In this document: piece after piece, positions 38,101 to 46,386 of the stretch
How the letters are laid out: each line of letters starts with the position of its first letter
How positions within the stretch are numbered: position 1 is the stretch's first letter
Origin: Candidatus Kapaibacterium sp.
GTDB lineage: Bacteria; Bacteroidota; Ignavibacteria; Kapaibacteriales; Kapaibacteriaceae
DNA length: 64,000 nt
Reading direction: 5' to 3'
NCBI GenBank assembly: GCA_044345485.1
Contig: JBIJAX010000004.1
Coordinates: forward strand, 4,144-68,143
Notes under the pieces: generated by a model
The model's database searches: none
The model's input: the letters and a program-made list of their open reading frames with translations, nothing else
What the model was told of the DNA's origin: nothing
Position numbers and translations under genes: made by a program

Positions 38101-38479
38101 CGATGAGAATCTGAACGCCGCTCGTGGTACGATCATGGACCGCTATGCAGCTCGTGAGCCGTTCGTTCACCAGCTAGATCTGCGCCTTGCTCAGGAGATT
38201 CCGGTACCAGGAACAAATGGGCATCGCCTGGAGATCACACTTGACTGTATCAACGCGCTTAATTTGATCAACCCAGAATGGGGTCGTGTGCAGAGCGTAA
38301 ACAATAACCGCGATCTGCTACTTCGTTTTGAGGGTATGACAACGTCGACAATGATCAAGGATGCCAGTATTGGCGATAACCTCCCAATTTTCAGCTATAC
38401 AGACAAGAAGAACCCGTTTGGATACGACGATCTTCTTTCTCGTTATCAGCTGCAGCTTGGTGTTCGCTACAGCTTCTAA
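35147..38479 (+). CDS. TonB-dependent receptor with an N-terminal carboxypeptidase-regulatory-like domain
   Basis: Signal peptide MRFATTLILVLAVFMAIMPSVHAQ. CarboxypepD_reg region TATVNGTVRSDKGDVIAGATVKLRH...GRYIITGLRIGGPY. Plug and barrel follow, ending ...LQLGVRYSF. Confidence 0.88.
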   Translation: MRFATTLILVLAVFMAIMPSVHAQVTTATVNGTVRSDKGDVIAGATVKLRHTPSGTLYGAVSRKDGRYIITGLRIGGPYAMSVTSVGMKTAEYTIQNLALGETRKFDVAMQQGVVEGGAVSVIALNTTPINSNLTGASETVSEKVITSFPTISRNFQDFVRFSPQTASAGGGTSIGGRNNRYNNVQIDGTQYNDLFGLGSNGTPGGQANTTPISLDAIEEFQVLVAPYDVRQGRFSGGGVNAVTRSGTNSWTGSAYYFTRNEKMIGDLVSTNYLSKAADGTTLPVGEYRDTTVRTPFASFSEYQAGVRVGGPIIENKLFMFVNAEQTNRTQPKPQLAFSQNANGALINAIADTVGSILNTVYGYNAGVLDNQEVTRPSQKIFARLDWNLDDKNRLTLRHNMVNAADDIYNPARTGVLFGNRMYTFNSIANSTVLQLNSTFSDDMSNELIVGYTTVRDSREIAGEKFPTVIVSDSRITGINITAGAENFSLQNKLSTNVIEVTDNLTYSMGNHTLTFGTQNEFFSFSNLFIRDNAGTWSFNSLNDLRNGTAARLQYSFARPGYPSDWAASFATAQLGLYAQDEWEVADNLKVTVGLRADMPIFFDEASKNTTAETIKLNRDSTQTLGLLTNQLPSTALLFSPRVGFNWNSGGEKPLQIRGGAGIFTGRIPFVWISNQYSNTGVEIARLDIRPASPTDTTMPKFNKDFNPADPANYARVGNVTELNVTANNFKMPQNLRLNLAADREVIDGWYGTVEAVYTKNLNDIYYSDLNLDTVASRRLADGRGVYGTYSGRNTTPRTNVGSFRNGPFTNIIELSNTSEGYSYSVSGQLRKQFTNGWFASVFYTYARSFDQNSGLSSQAVSQWRFNHIKDNPNKADLSASLFDIPHRLAASVSKRFEYAGGYATTVSAFYEMRSGRPFSYVYDGDLNADGQTENDLIYVPKNANDQGEILLGRVVSVGSGANRRDSLVLASATARQQLESYISRDENLNAARGTIMDRYAAREPFVHQLDLRLAQEIPVPGTNGHRLEITLDCINALNLINPEWGRVQSVNNNRDLLLRFEGMTTSTMIKDASIGDNLPIFSYTDKKNPFGYDDLLSRYQLQLGVRYSF

Positions 38480-38492
38480 GGGATTTTTATCA

Positions 38493-38538
38493 ACATGCCC
38501 CGTATGGCTATCATGTCGTACGGGGCATGTGTATTTTT
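38493..38538 (+). terminator. Strong rho-independent terminator
   Basis: A perfect 12-bp stem ACATGCCCCGTA/TACGGGGCATGT (38493-38504 / 38519-38530), followed by GTATTTTTA. Confidence 0.85.
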
Positions 38539-38570
38539 AGACACTTGCCTTAACCAAAGGACCCTACATC

Positions 38571-39320
38571 ATGATTAACTCGCTCATACTTCTCGTCATG
38601 TTGGTTACCGCCAGCGTTGTGTCTCTCGCAGACGTACAGCAGCTCTGTAAACAGTATGATGCACAGATTGAAGCTCTCGATGTGAAGGGGGCAAAGAACA
38701 CCATCGAATCTGCCTACAAGGAGGATGCAAAGTCTCATGATGTGCTGTTCAGACTCGCACGTCTGCACGTGATCCTTGGAGATCAGGAATCACAGGAAGA
38801 CAAAAAGCTCCCTCTCTACAACAAAGCTCTCGACTATGCTAACAAGGCCATTGCATCGAATGGGAAGTCAATGGGAGGGTATGTATACCGTGCAGCTGCG
38901 AATGGCAAGATCGCACTCTTTAAGGGCATCTTCTCCGTTGCCTCGGTTGTGAATGCAGTACGTGATGATGCTACAAAGGCGATTCAGCTGAACAACGACA
39001 CCCCCGAACGTCTCGCCGCAGCCTGCTATATTTTGGGTAGAGCGCATCTCAACTTGGTCAAGAAGCCAAAACTTGTGCGCCTGCCTCTTGGACTAGGCTG
39101 GGGCAACATCGAGGAAGCCTTTGCCAACATTAAGCGGGCACGTCAGCTGCGTCCAAACTTCGTGATGTTTGAACTTGAGTATGCGCGTTGCATGGCAGAG
39201 ATGGACATGGAAAAAGATGCGATAGCAGCCGCTCAGCGAATTGCCGGACTTCAGAACAAAGAACCTGGAGACCAACAGCGGAAGCAGGATGCGCTCCAGC
39301 TGATCAAGGACCTTCAATAA
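38571..39320 (+). CDS. Secreted TPR-like helical-repeat protein
   Basis: Signal peptide MINSLILLVMLVTASVVSLA. An all-helical repeat pattern follows. Function unknown. Confidence 0.6.
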   Translation: MINSLILLVMLVTASVVSLADVQQLCKQYDAQIEALDVKGAKNTIESAYKEDAKSHDVLFRLARLHVILGDQESQEDKKLPLYNKALDYANKAIASNGKSMGGYVYRAAANGKIALFKGIFSVASVVNAVRDDATKAIQLNNDTPERLAAACYILGRAHLNLVKKPKLVRLPLGLGWGNIEEAFANIKRARQLRPNFVMFELEYARCMAEMDMEKDAIAAAQRIAGLQNKEPGDQQRKQDALQLIKDLQ

Positions 39321-39330
39321 GAAGGTTGTT

Positions 39331-39870
39331 CTAAGCTACGATCTGCGACAACAGTGGTGCAGAGGCATCCTTGTCGCTGAGAATTGGTTCATCAATAAGC
39401 CATCGAATCCCAAGTGCTGGGTCCAACGGATTGATTCCGATCTCACCGTCTGGATTGTAGAGTGCTGTGCACTTATACACGACATCTGCTGATTCGCTCA
39501 ATACAGCGAAGCCGTTGGCAAATCCTGGCGGAATCCAAACAATCCGTCCATTGGTTTCCGATACGTCTATAGATACGTGCTTTCCAAATGTAGGAGAGCC
39601 TTTGCGGATATCTACTTCTACAAGCTGTATCTGCCCCCTGATAACGCGGAGCATCTTGCCCATGGGTTGTGTGTGCTGGCTGTGCATGCCGCGAATCACG
39701 CCATGCGCGGATCTGCTGTGATTGTCCTGGACAAAGTCTGTTGGGATTCCATACCGGATGCAGACGTCTGCTCGGTATGTCTCTTCGAAGTATCCACGGT
39801 TGTCTGCAAAACGGTCCGGACGTAGGATCATTACTGCGTCGAAAATCACTTCTTCAAGCACGATGGCCAT
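39331..39870 (-). CDS. rfbC: dTDP-4-dehydrorhamnose 3,5-epimerase
   Basis: Motifs FADNRGYFEETY, RGMHSQ and WIPPGFANGFAVLSE. Confidence 0.9.
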   Translation of the reverse strand: MAIVLEEVIFDAVMILRPDRFADNRGYFEETYRADVCIRYGIPTDFVQDNHSRSAHGVIRGMHSQHTQPMGKMLRVIRGQIQLVEVDIRKGSPTFGKHVSIDVSETNGRIVWIPPGFANGFAVLSESADVVYKCTALYNPDGEIGINPLDPALGIRWLIDEPILSDKDASAPLLSQIVA

Positions 39871-40906
39871 TTAGCTCTTCCCAGGTGGGTGGTTGCATGT
39901 GTTCAGTTCGTAATGGCGTTAATCTACGACACATCTCAAAAGTCTCTGGTCTTGGATCAGCTAGCCAGGTGTCTCGGAATGGATGGTCGGTTATGATTGA
40001 CGCATCATTCTGTTTGCTGGAAATCGTCTGTACGAGATCGTACAGCTCTGGAATCTCGAACTCGATTCCAGCAAACGCACGAAATGCCTTCAATATCATC
40101 CGAGCCCCCTGCAGCTTTGCTGTTATGCTGTATCCAGCGATGTGCGGAGTTACATACGATACAGTTCTGATCGTATCAATGTTTACGAGTGGTTCAGATG
40201 TAAAGACGTCTAGTATGCTTGACATTTCTCGGGATGCCACGCGCTCACATAGTGCTTGCTCGTTAATGATTCCGCCTCGAGCTGTGTTTACCAGGAGCGA
40301 TCCGGATCTTATGCGCTGAACACGGTCTGCATTGATGAGATTGTGGGTAGCGTGAGGTCCACTTGTTGAATACGGCGTATGGATTGAGATCACATTACAG
40401 TGCTCGATGAGGTAGTCGAGAGATACGTGCTCGGTACAATCAGGGAACACATAGCCGAGGTCTGCAAGGGGCGGATCGTTTACCAATACGCGATGACCGC
40501 GTGCAAGAGCATACCGTGCGAGGCGCTGCCCTACATTCCCGAAGCCAACGATACCAACAGGTAGAGTAGAATCCACTTCGAGGTGTTGAAGCCAGATCAT
40601 GACGTACTCTGCTACGGCATTAGCATTGCACCCTGGCGCGCCTATAACACTGATGTTGGGGTCCTGCAGTAATGCCGGTTCAATGTGATCCATTCCTGCA
40701 GTTGCAGATCCAACAAACGCTACGTGTGTATCCCTGAGCAGATCGTATGTAACTGCTGTGGTGGAGCGGACGAGAAGCGCTGTTGCTGAGGTTTGCTGCA
40801 GAAGCTGAGGTGTGATCTCGGATGCAGAAACCGATACAACTTCACATCCACGAACAATGTCGGAGATTGTGGGTATCTGTTCATCTGCAACAACAACGTG
40901 TTTCAT
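39854..40906 (-). CDS. pdxB: 4-phosphoerythronate dehydrogenase (D-2-hydroxyacid dehydrogenase family)
   Basis: Colinear with PdxB as I recall it: VGSATAGMDHI, APGCNANAVAEYV, VGIVGFGNVGQRL, NTARGGII, TPHIAGYS. Confidence 0.8.
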   Translation of the reverse strand: MKHVVVADEQIPTISDIVRGCEVVSVSASEITPQLLQQTSATALLVRSTTAVTYDLLRDTHVAFVGSATAGMDHIEPALLQDPNISVIGAPGCNANAVAEYVMIWLQHLEVDSTLPVGIVGFGNVGQRLARYALARGHRVLVNDPPLADLGYVFPDCTEHVSLDYLIEHCNVISIHTPYSTSGPHATHNLINADRVQRIRSGSLLVNTARGGIINEQALCERVASREMSSILDVFTSEPLVNIDTIRTVSYVTPHIAGYSITAKLQGARMILKAFRAFAGIEFEIPELYDLVQTISSKQNDASIITDHPFRDTWLADPRPETFEMCRRLTPLRTEHMQPPTWEELNGHRA

Positions 40907-42912
40907 TGGGTTGTCATAATGACAAATCGTTGGATGCCTCCCTGGCAGTAGAGCTCAACTGCATACGAGCCATATCCATCAGCGGTTGCAACAAAGTCCT
41001 TGGTAGGAATCTGGATGGTACCATTGGAAACAACACTGCTCGAGTAGACCTTGCGGCCGTGTACATCGTATATGTGCACATCTGCCGTTCCTGCAGGCAC
41101 ATTCCTGAGCACGAGAAGATCAGTTACAGGGAAAGGGGCGATTGTGATGTCGCCAGATATGCGAACAGTGTCTCGTACAAAATTAGTGTTGAGCGTAACT
41201 ATAGGGTCGCGCAGACCATTCGTGGTAAAACGCACAATAGCCTCTCGCTGTTGCCCATGCGTGCTGTCTATACGCAATGTAAGCGATGCAGATTGCTGTG
41301 GCGCAATGGTAAGTGGGAACGTCGATGCGCTATGTGTTGCAAGGATATCTGGGGTAGCAACACAACTTGAAATGGTGACAGAAGTATCGCCAATGTTCGT
41401 GAGCTCAACGATGAATTGGCAGGTATCAGTAGTTGATGAAGCTGTGTATCTATCCTGCGCGGAGAGTGCAAGCCCCTTGTATGGCAGGCCAATCAACACT
41501 GTTGAAACACTGTCGCGTTTTCCGTTGCGATCATCAAACCATGCTGTTGCACGAGCCATGTGCGGGTAGCTACTATCGGGCACATACAGCACCTTGAACG
41601 GCCAGCATGATGTGCCCTCTGTGGTAGCTGCATCTTGCCAGTGGCGTTGCTGAAATGTGTTGCCTGGGTTTGTTTGAAAATCAAGAAAGTCTACTGTGGC
41701 AGAAGTTGTTCCACAGAACGGTACAAATGCACGAACGGTATCGCCAACATTTGTTCGGTAGATGATCGTATCGAACTGCGCTTTTACACTTGGCTGTTCA
41801 TACTGCCATACTGGAAGGAGTTCGATGATTTGATCGTCTGCAGCCTTCGGAAAAGGTTCAATGTTCTTGTAGCCGGAGTTACCAGTGCAGACAAATACGC
41901 GTCCATCCTTCATCACCAGCACATCGCGAATTCGTCCGTAGCGGTACTCGATGTAGTACTTCGTATCGGTGATTCGCTGTTGATCATCCGACAATGTGTG
42001 GGCCATGATGCGCGATGACTTCAGGTGGGTAGAGAGCAGTTTGCCTGTTAGCGAAGGATACCTGTCGTGCCCGTAGTACTCAAGCCCAGCTGGTGCGTAC
42101 GTTTGAACATAGCCGCTTGACCAGACTGGTTCGATAACGTTGTTGGCTTGACAGAACACCTGCTCCTCGGGAGTATCGCACATGCCCTCAACCTTTGGCC
42201 AGCCATAGTTGCCGTCTTTGCGAATAAGGTTGATCTCGTCTTCAATGTTGTTGCCGTGTTCGGAGGAAAAGACAAGTCCGTTGGGCAATACACACAAACC
42301 TTGCGGATTGCGGTGTCCACGAGACCATACACGGTTGTTCGGATATGGATTGTCAGTGGGAATGCTCCCGTCAAGATTGATACGAAGGATCTTTCCGATT
42401 TCCGACGTTGGACTGTATGTACTGTCGGGAGCCGGTTGATCACCGTTAGTGAACATCAATGTTCTGTCGGGTAACACAACCATTCGGCATCCCTGATGCC
42501 AAAGTTCTGCTGGACGGAGTTCGTAGAGCACTTGTTCGTCAACAAAGGCGGTACCGTTAAAGCGAAACCTCGACACATGCTTTACCCAGTCGTACGTGTC
42601 TCTATACACATACGAAAGGTACACATAGGGCGTGTCTGCAAAATCAGGATGCAGCACCATGCTTAGAAGTCCAACTTCGACTAGCTGGAGAATACCCTTA
42701 CGCATATCCAGTAGTGTGTCGATCTTACGAGTATCTGGGTCAATGCGGGATACTAGACCAACCCGTTCGGTAAACCAGATCTTGCCGTCTGGACCCTGGA
42801 GCATGTCCCACGGGATGTTTAGCCGTTCGGCAACAACACGCCCCGTAAAATCTACTTGAGCATGAACTGCGGCAGAGCAAAGAGCAAGGGCGAGAAGGAA
42901 TCGGTAGATCAT
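40903..42912 (-). CDS. PQQ-dependent sugar dehydrogenase (GSDH/sorbosone dehydrogenase-like) with a middle domain and a T9SS C-terminal domain
   Basis: Motifs LNIPWDMLQGPDGKIWFTERVG and WSRGHRNPQGL. The C-terminus ...VHIYDVHGRKVYSS...GSYAVELYCQGGIQRFVIMTTQ. Confidence 0.8.
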   Translation of the reverse strand: MIYRFLLALALCSAAVHAQVDFTGRVVAERLNIPWDMLQGPDGKIWFTERVGLVSRIDPDTRKIDTLLDMRKGILQLVEVGLLSMVLHPDFADTPYVYLSYVYRDTYDWVKHVSRFRFNGTAFVDEQVLYELRPAELWHQGCRMVVLPDRTLMFTNGDQPAPDSTYSPTSEIGKILRINLDGSIPTDNPYPNNRVWSRGHRNPQGLCVLPNGLVFSSEHGNNIEDEINLIRKDGNYGWPKVEGMCDTPEEQVFCQANNVIEPVWSSGYVQTYAPAGLEYYGHDRYPSLTGKLLSTHLKSSRIMAHTLSDDQQRITDTKYYIEYRYGRIRDVLVMKDGRVFVCTGNSGYKNIEPFPKAADDQIIELLPVWQYEQPSVKAQFDTIIYRTNVGDTVRAFVPFCGTTSATVDFLDFQTNPGNTFQQRHWQDAATTEGTSCWPFKVLYVPDSSYPHMARATAWFDDRNGKRDSVSTVLIGLPYKGLALSAQDRYTASSTTDTCQFIVELTNIGDTSVTISSCVATPDILATHSASTFPLTIAPQQSASLTLRIDSTHGQQREAIVRFTTNGLRDPIVTLNTNFVRDTVRISGDITIAPFPVTDLLVLRNVPAGTADVHIYDVHGRKVYSSSVVSNGTIQIPTKDFVATADGYGSYAVELYCQGGIQRFVIMTTQ

Positions 42913-42930
42913 GAAGCTGTAATGGGATTG

Positions 42931-44637
42931 TTACCGCAAAGTTACCTCTAACAGCACATCCTCAAGCGTCCAGCGGGATCGTACGACCACCTTTTTTCGA
43001 ACCGGCCACCAAGGTTCACTAAACGAAAATGGACGCCAGTCACCATGATCGAACTGCCCATTACCGTTTCGGTCATGGAACACATCAGCTGTGTATTCGC
43101 CCGGTGGTGCGTTGGCAATGATGAACACTCCGGAGCTATCAACTATTGCTGTATGAACAACCGCGCCCTGTGTTGAAAGGAGTCGCATGATGCATTTCAT
43201 ACCTGTAGGGGGCTGCACAACACCATCAAGTCTGCCCTTTACCGTTCCTGGTTCGGACATTCGCGTTGACGTGAGCATTGCATGGCGTACTGTGTCCGTA
43301 GGCGCTGAAGAGCCTAAGAACGATGTGAGCCGGTCGGCCACGATCGTTGTTCTATACCATGTCTTCGGCAGACGCGGCTGCAGCGCACGAATCTCAAGCT
43401 CGGCTGGTGAAATCCACTGTGTGCGAACAGGGACAGCCCCCTGGGGCTGCTCGTGCCAAAGTGAAATGCGGACGTCACTTGTGTCAACGGCATCCGAGAA
43501 TGTTACGCGTAGAACAGTATCCGCTGATACATCGCGTGCGCTATCGCGCGGAGCAATTTGCACTATGCGCAGACGGGTTGTGTCTTGCCGGGTTGTCCAT
43601 TGAATCTTCTTCGAATCAGCAGTATCAGCATTCATCGTACCAGCAGAATCTCGAATGCTATGCGGAGCTATCTGAAGAGTATAGGTTGCAGAATCAAGAG
43701 GAATGCTGAACCTTATCAGCACGACGTCTGGCGCTGTTGGAGAGGGCCAGATTGCAGCTGGACGGATTAGTCGACCGTCAGGCGATGCAAGAGTGATAAC
43801 GCTGTCCCAGGTGCTGAACGGCAGAACGGGCTCAGTAAACTGTATGCTTGCGAGCGTACTTGTATTGCCACGTACACGAGCTATCTGGGGAGGTTCGTGG
43901 TCTCGTGCCTTACCAAGCCGGAGTAGAAGTGGTGCGGATTGAGCTGTAGACACATCGATATCAGAGGAGGCAGTAGTGAAGTCCTCATTCATGTCGAGCA
44001 TGGAGTTTTTATTGTCATCCCTACACGCAACAACGCGGTAACGTCCAGTTGCAAGCCCCTTAACAGTGAATACGCCACTCGTTCCTACGGGAATGATGTA
44101 TGGTGCTTTCGTTAATAGAGGTGTGAAGGCCGCAGTTAGCGTGTCTGCTCTTGGATAGCACATCACAATAACATTTTGCAGAGTTGCTGCCGAGATGCGT
44201 CCGCCAATCGTACCACTATCGATCATTGGCCCTGTTGAAAAAACATAGGTGTATGCTTCTAGCGGACGATTACCACGGGTATCTGTCCAGTCTGTTCCAA
44301 TCGTTATGCTATATGTTGTTGATGAGTCAAGGGGCTCTCGAAAGCCAATCGCAATCTCATCCCCTGCATACGATGTTGAGAAACGTTTTGTTGGCAGCAC
44401 CGTGATCGAATTACGAATTCCTCTATCAACGTAATCATCGAATTGAATGTGGATTTCATTTGATGTCACGTTAGTCGATCCCGACGGAGGGTCAACGCCG
44501 ATGATGGCAGCAGGAATACTGTCTTGAGGTCCGCCACTTGGTGCAACCTTATACGCGCATCCCGCTGCAACGAGGGCGCTCACAGTAAGCACTGCTATAA
44601 AGAACGCAGATATTCGTGTACGGGGCGCAGTGGTCAT
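42931..44637 (-). CDS. Ig-like (SbsA/Big_5-type) repeat lipoprotein with a DUF2141-like C-terminus
   Basis: Lipobox LVAAGCAYK. Repeated ...P..G.T.V.....I...F...V segments. The C-terminus has VFHDRNGNGQFDHGDWRPFSFSEPWW. Confidence 0.65.
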   Translation of the reverse strand: MTTAPRTRISAFFIAVLTVSALVAAGCAYKVAPSGGPQDSIPAAIIGVDPPSGSTNVTSNEIHIQFDDYVDRGIRNSITVLPTKRFSTSYAGDEIAIGFREPLDSSTTYSITIGTDWTDTRGNRPLEAYTYVFSTGPMIDSGTIGGRISAATLQNVIVMCYPRADTLTAAFTPLLTKAPYIIPVGTSGVFTVKGLATGRYRVVACRDDNKNSMLDMNEDFTTASSDIDVSTAQSAPLLLRLGKARDHEPPQIARVRGNTSTLASIQFTEPVLPFSTWDSVITLASPDGRLIRPAAIWPSPTAPDVVLIRFSIPLDSATYTLQIAPHSIRDSAGTMNADTADSKKIQWTTRQDTTRLRIVQIAPRDSARDVSADTVLRVTFSDAVDTSDVRISLWHEQPQGAVPVRTQWISPAELEIRALQPRLPKTWYRTTIVADRLTSFLGSSAPTDTVRHAMLTSTRMSEPGTVKGRLDGVVQPPTGMKCIMRLLSTQGAVVHTAIVDSSGVFIIANAPPGEYTADVFHDRNGNGQFDHGDWRPFSFSEPWWPVRKKVVVRSRWTLEDVLLEVTLR

Positions 44638-44673
44638 TCGACAAAACTAGCTTCGATGCCGTACTTTTGAGGT

Positions 44674-45561
44674 ATGCCTTTGTTTATTGAGCGCGTATTG
44701 CCGTTTCTCAAACGGGTCTGGACGCTGATCTATGACTTTGTTGATATCACGGACCGACGTCACATATTTCTTCTCTCGTCTGGCATCGCCTTCAACCTGC
44801 TGCTGTGCATCATTCCTCTGACGGTACTGATCGTTTCGCTCGTGAGTGGCGTGATGGATGTAGAGCAAACCAAGGATACAGTAGAAGCAGCGCTTGAGAA
44901 CTTACTACCGAAGAATACGCAGGCATCTACAATAGTTGCCTCGATCATAAATGAAGTTGGAGCATTTTTCAACTACAGCACTGCTGCTGGTTGGATTGCT
45001 GGTGTTGCGTTGTTGTGGTTGGCATCTGCATTGTTCAGCTCTCTGAGAACTGGCCTTAATGCGATCTTCCATATCCCCACTCCAAAGTTCTTTATTCTAT
45101 ACAAGCTCAAGGATATGGCCTTCACGATTGTAATCGTGGTTCTTATCCTGTTGGTAACGCTACTAAGCCCCTTACTCACACTTACCGATCAATACAGGGT
45201 GTCGCTGATCCAGGACGGGGCTACAGGAATGTTCTTTGGGTTAACAGTTCAGGCTGCCTCGCTTATTGCAACGTCGGTGCTATTTCTGCTCCTGTATAAA
45301 CTCGTACCCAATAAGCGTTTGCCATGGCCTATTGTGTTTATGAGCACTGGCTTTGCTGTTGTGCTCTGGGAGGCAGCGCGAATGCTGTTCTCATGGTATG
45401 TCTACAGTGCCACAAACTTTAGTAAGATCTACGGCGGATATGTTGCTGTAGCTTCGTTTGCGATTTGGCTCTACTATTCTGCCTTTATCTTTCTTCTGTC
45501 GGCAGAGCTTGGACAATACATCTATGTGCTTCGGACAAAGCACGAGTTGCCAGAAGCTTAA
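44674..45561 (+). CDS. YihY/BrkB (virulence factor BrkB) family membrane protein
   Basis: Six hydrophobic helices and the terminal motif YGGYVAVASFAIWLYYSAFIFLLSAELG. Confidence 0.85.
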   Translation: MPLFIERVLPFLKRVWTLIYDFVDITDRRHIFLLSSGIAFNLLLCIIPLTVLIVSLVSGVMDVEQTKDTVEAALENLLPKNTQASTIVASIINEVGAFFNYSTAAGWIAGVALLWLASALFSSLRTGLNAIFHIPTPKFFILYKLKDMAFTIVIVVLILLVTLLSPLLTLTDQYRVSLIQDGATGMFFGLTVQAASLIATSVLFLLLYKLVPNKRLPWPIVFMSTGFAVVLWEAARMLFSWYVYSATNFSKIYGGYVAVASFAIWLYYSAFIFLLSAELGQYIYVLRTKHELPEA

Positions 45562-46289
45562 AAACGCAGGACGCGCTCCCAGGCCTCAAAGAGATCCCAG
45601 GTAGACGAAACATCGCGCAGGCAGTACTCTGCGATATCATCGTGACGTCCAGCAGCAAAGAGTTCTCCAACCATCGACCCATCTACACCTTCCGCCTTTG
45701 GCGATGTTATGCCAAATGACTTCGCATAGAAATCAAAATTGAACTTGCGTGTTGCTCCGCTGGCAGATCCCTGAAAGAACGTAAGCCTATCTAGCAGGTC
45801 TATGTGTCCGCTATAATTGAACTTTGTTCCGTCCATCATATTGCGCGACGGCCGAATGCCCAACACTGCAGAGCGAAGCATAAGCCACGGTGCATCAAAG
45901 TTGCGTCCGTTAAAAGAAATCAGCGTGATTCCCCGATGATGCGCTAGCAACTTCCAGAAATTCTCAAGCATCACTGCTTCGGAGCTTCTGTACCAGTTAG
46001 CACCACTCGGCAGCGTTTCTTGTGTATGTCCGTCTGCGTCCGTCATGCTCGGATCAAGCGAATACGCAACACGCTTTGCCGTCCATTCATCTCCGTTCTT
46101 CGTCATCATCTGCATGCCAATACAGGAGATGTATCCTGTCATAGGGCTAAGCCCAAACTCATTGATCTTTTTCTCTTTCTCTTCGTCGGTTCCCGCATTA
46201 CGTAGTAAATACTCCTGCTGAACTTCATCGAAGCTCTCAAGGGGCTTACCAACAGTTTCAAGATCGAAGATGAGATATGCTGGATCCAT
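45558..46289 (-). CDS. RNase H-fold 3'-5' exonuclease (PolB-exonuclease-like)
   Basis: Motifs FDLETVG (ExoI) and ISFNGRNFDAPWL, with a C-terminal ...YCLRDV. Confidence 0.75.
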   Translation of the reverse strand: MDPAYLIFDLETVGKPLESFDEVQQEYLLRNAGTDEEKEKKINEFGLSPMTGYISCIGMQMMTKNGDEWTAKRVAYSLDPSMTDADGHTQETLPSGANWYRSSEAVMLENFWKLLAHHRGITLISFNGRNFDAPWLMLRSAVLGIRPSRNMMDGTKFNYSGHIDLLDRLTFFQGSASGATRKFNFDFYAKSFGITSPKAEGVDGSMVGELFAAGRHDDIAEYCLRDVSSTWDLFEAWERVLRF

Positions 46290-46298
46290 GGAATTCTT

Positions 46299-46386
46299 TA
46301 GGTACTAGGTACTGGGGACTAGGTACAAAGGTACGAGGTACCGGGTATCACTTCGTCCCTAGTCCCTAGTCCCTAGTCCCCGGTCC
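46299..46386. repeat. Imperfect palindromic array of heptamers: (TAGGTAC/TGGGGAC)n left arm, (GTCCCTA)3-GTCCCCG right arm
   Basis: Read directly. The right arm overlaps the last nine codons and the TAG stop of the 46359-48221 gene. The array fills the gap to the next gene. Confidence 0.9.

Noticed and set aside
39669-40319. 216-aa plus-strand ORF
   Set aside because: It lies entirely antisense to the well-supported rfbC and pdxB genes. Its Cys/Arg/Ser-rich composition is typical of an antisense shadow ORF.
41051-41569. 172-aa plus-strand ORF. The same applies to 43187-43603, 20850-21284, 36865-37266 and 3146-3544.
   Set aside because: All are shadow ORFs that overlap genes with clear domain signatures on the other strand or frame.
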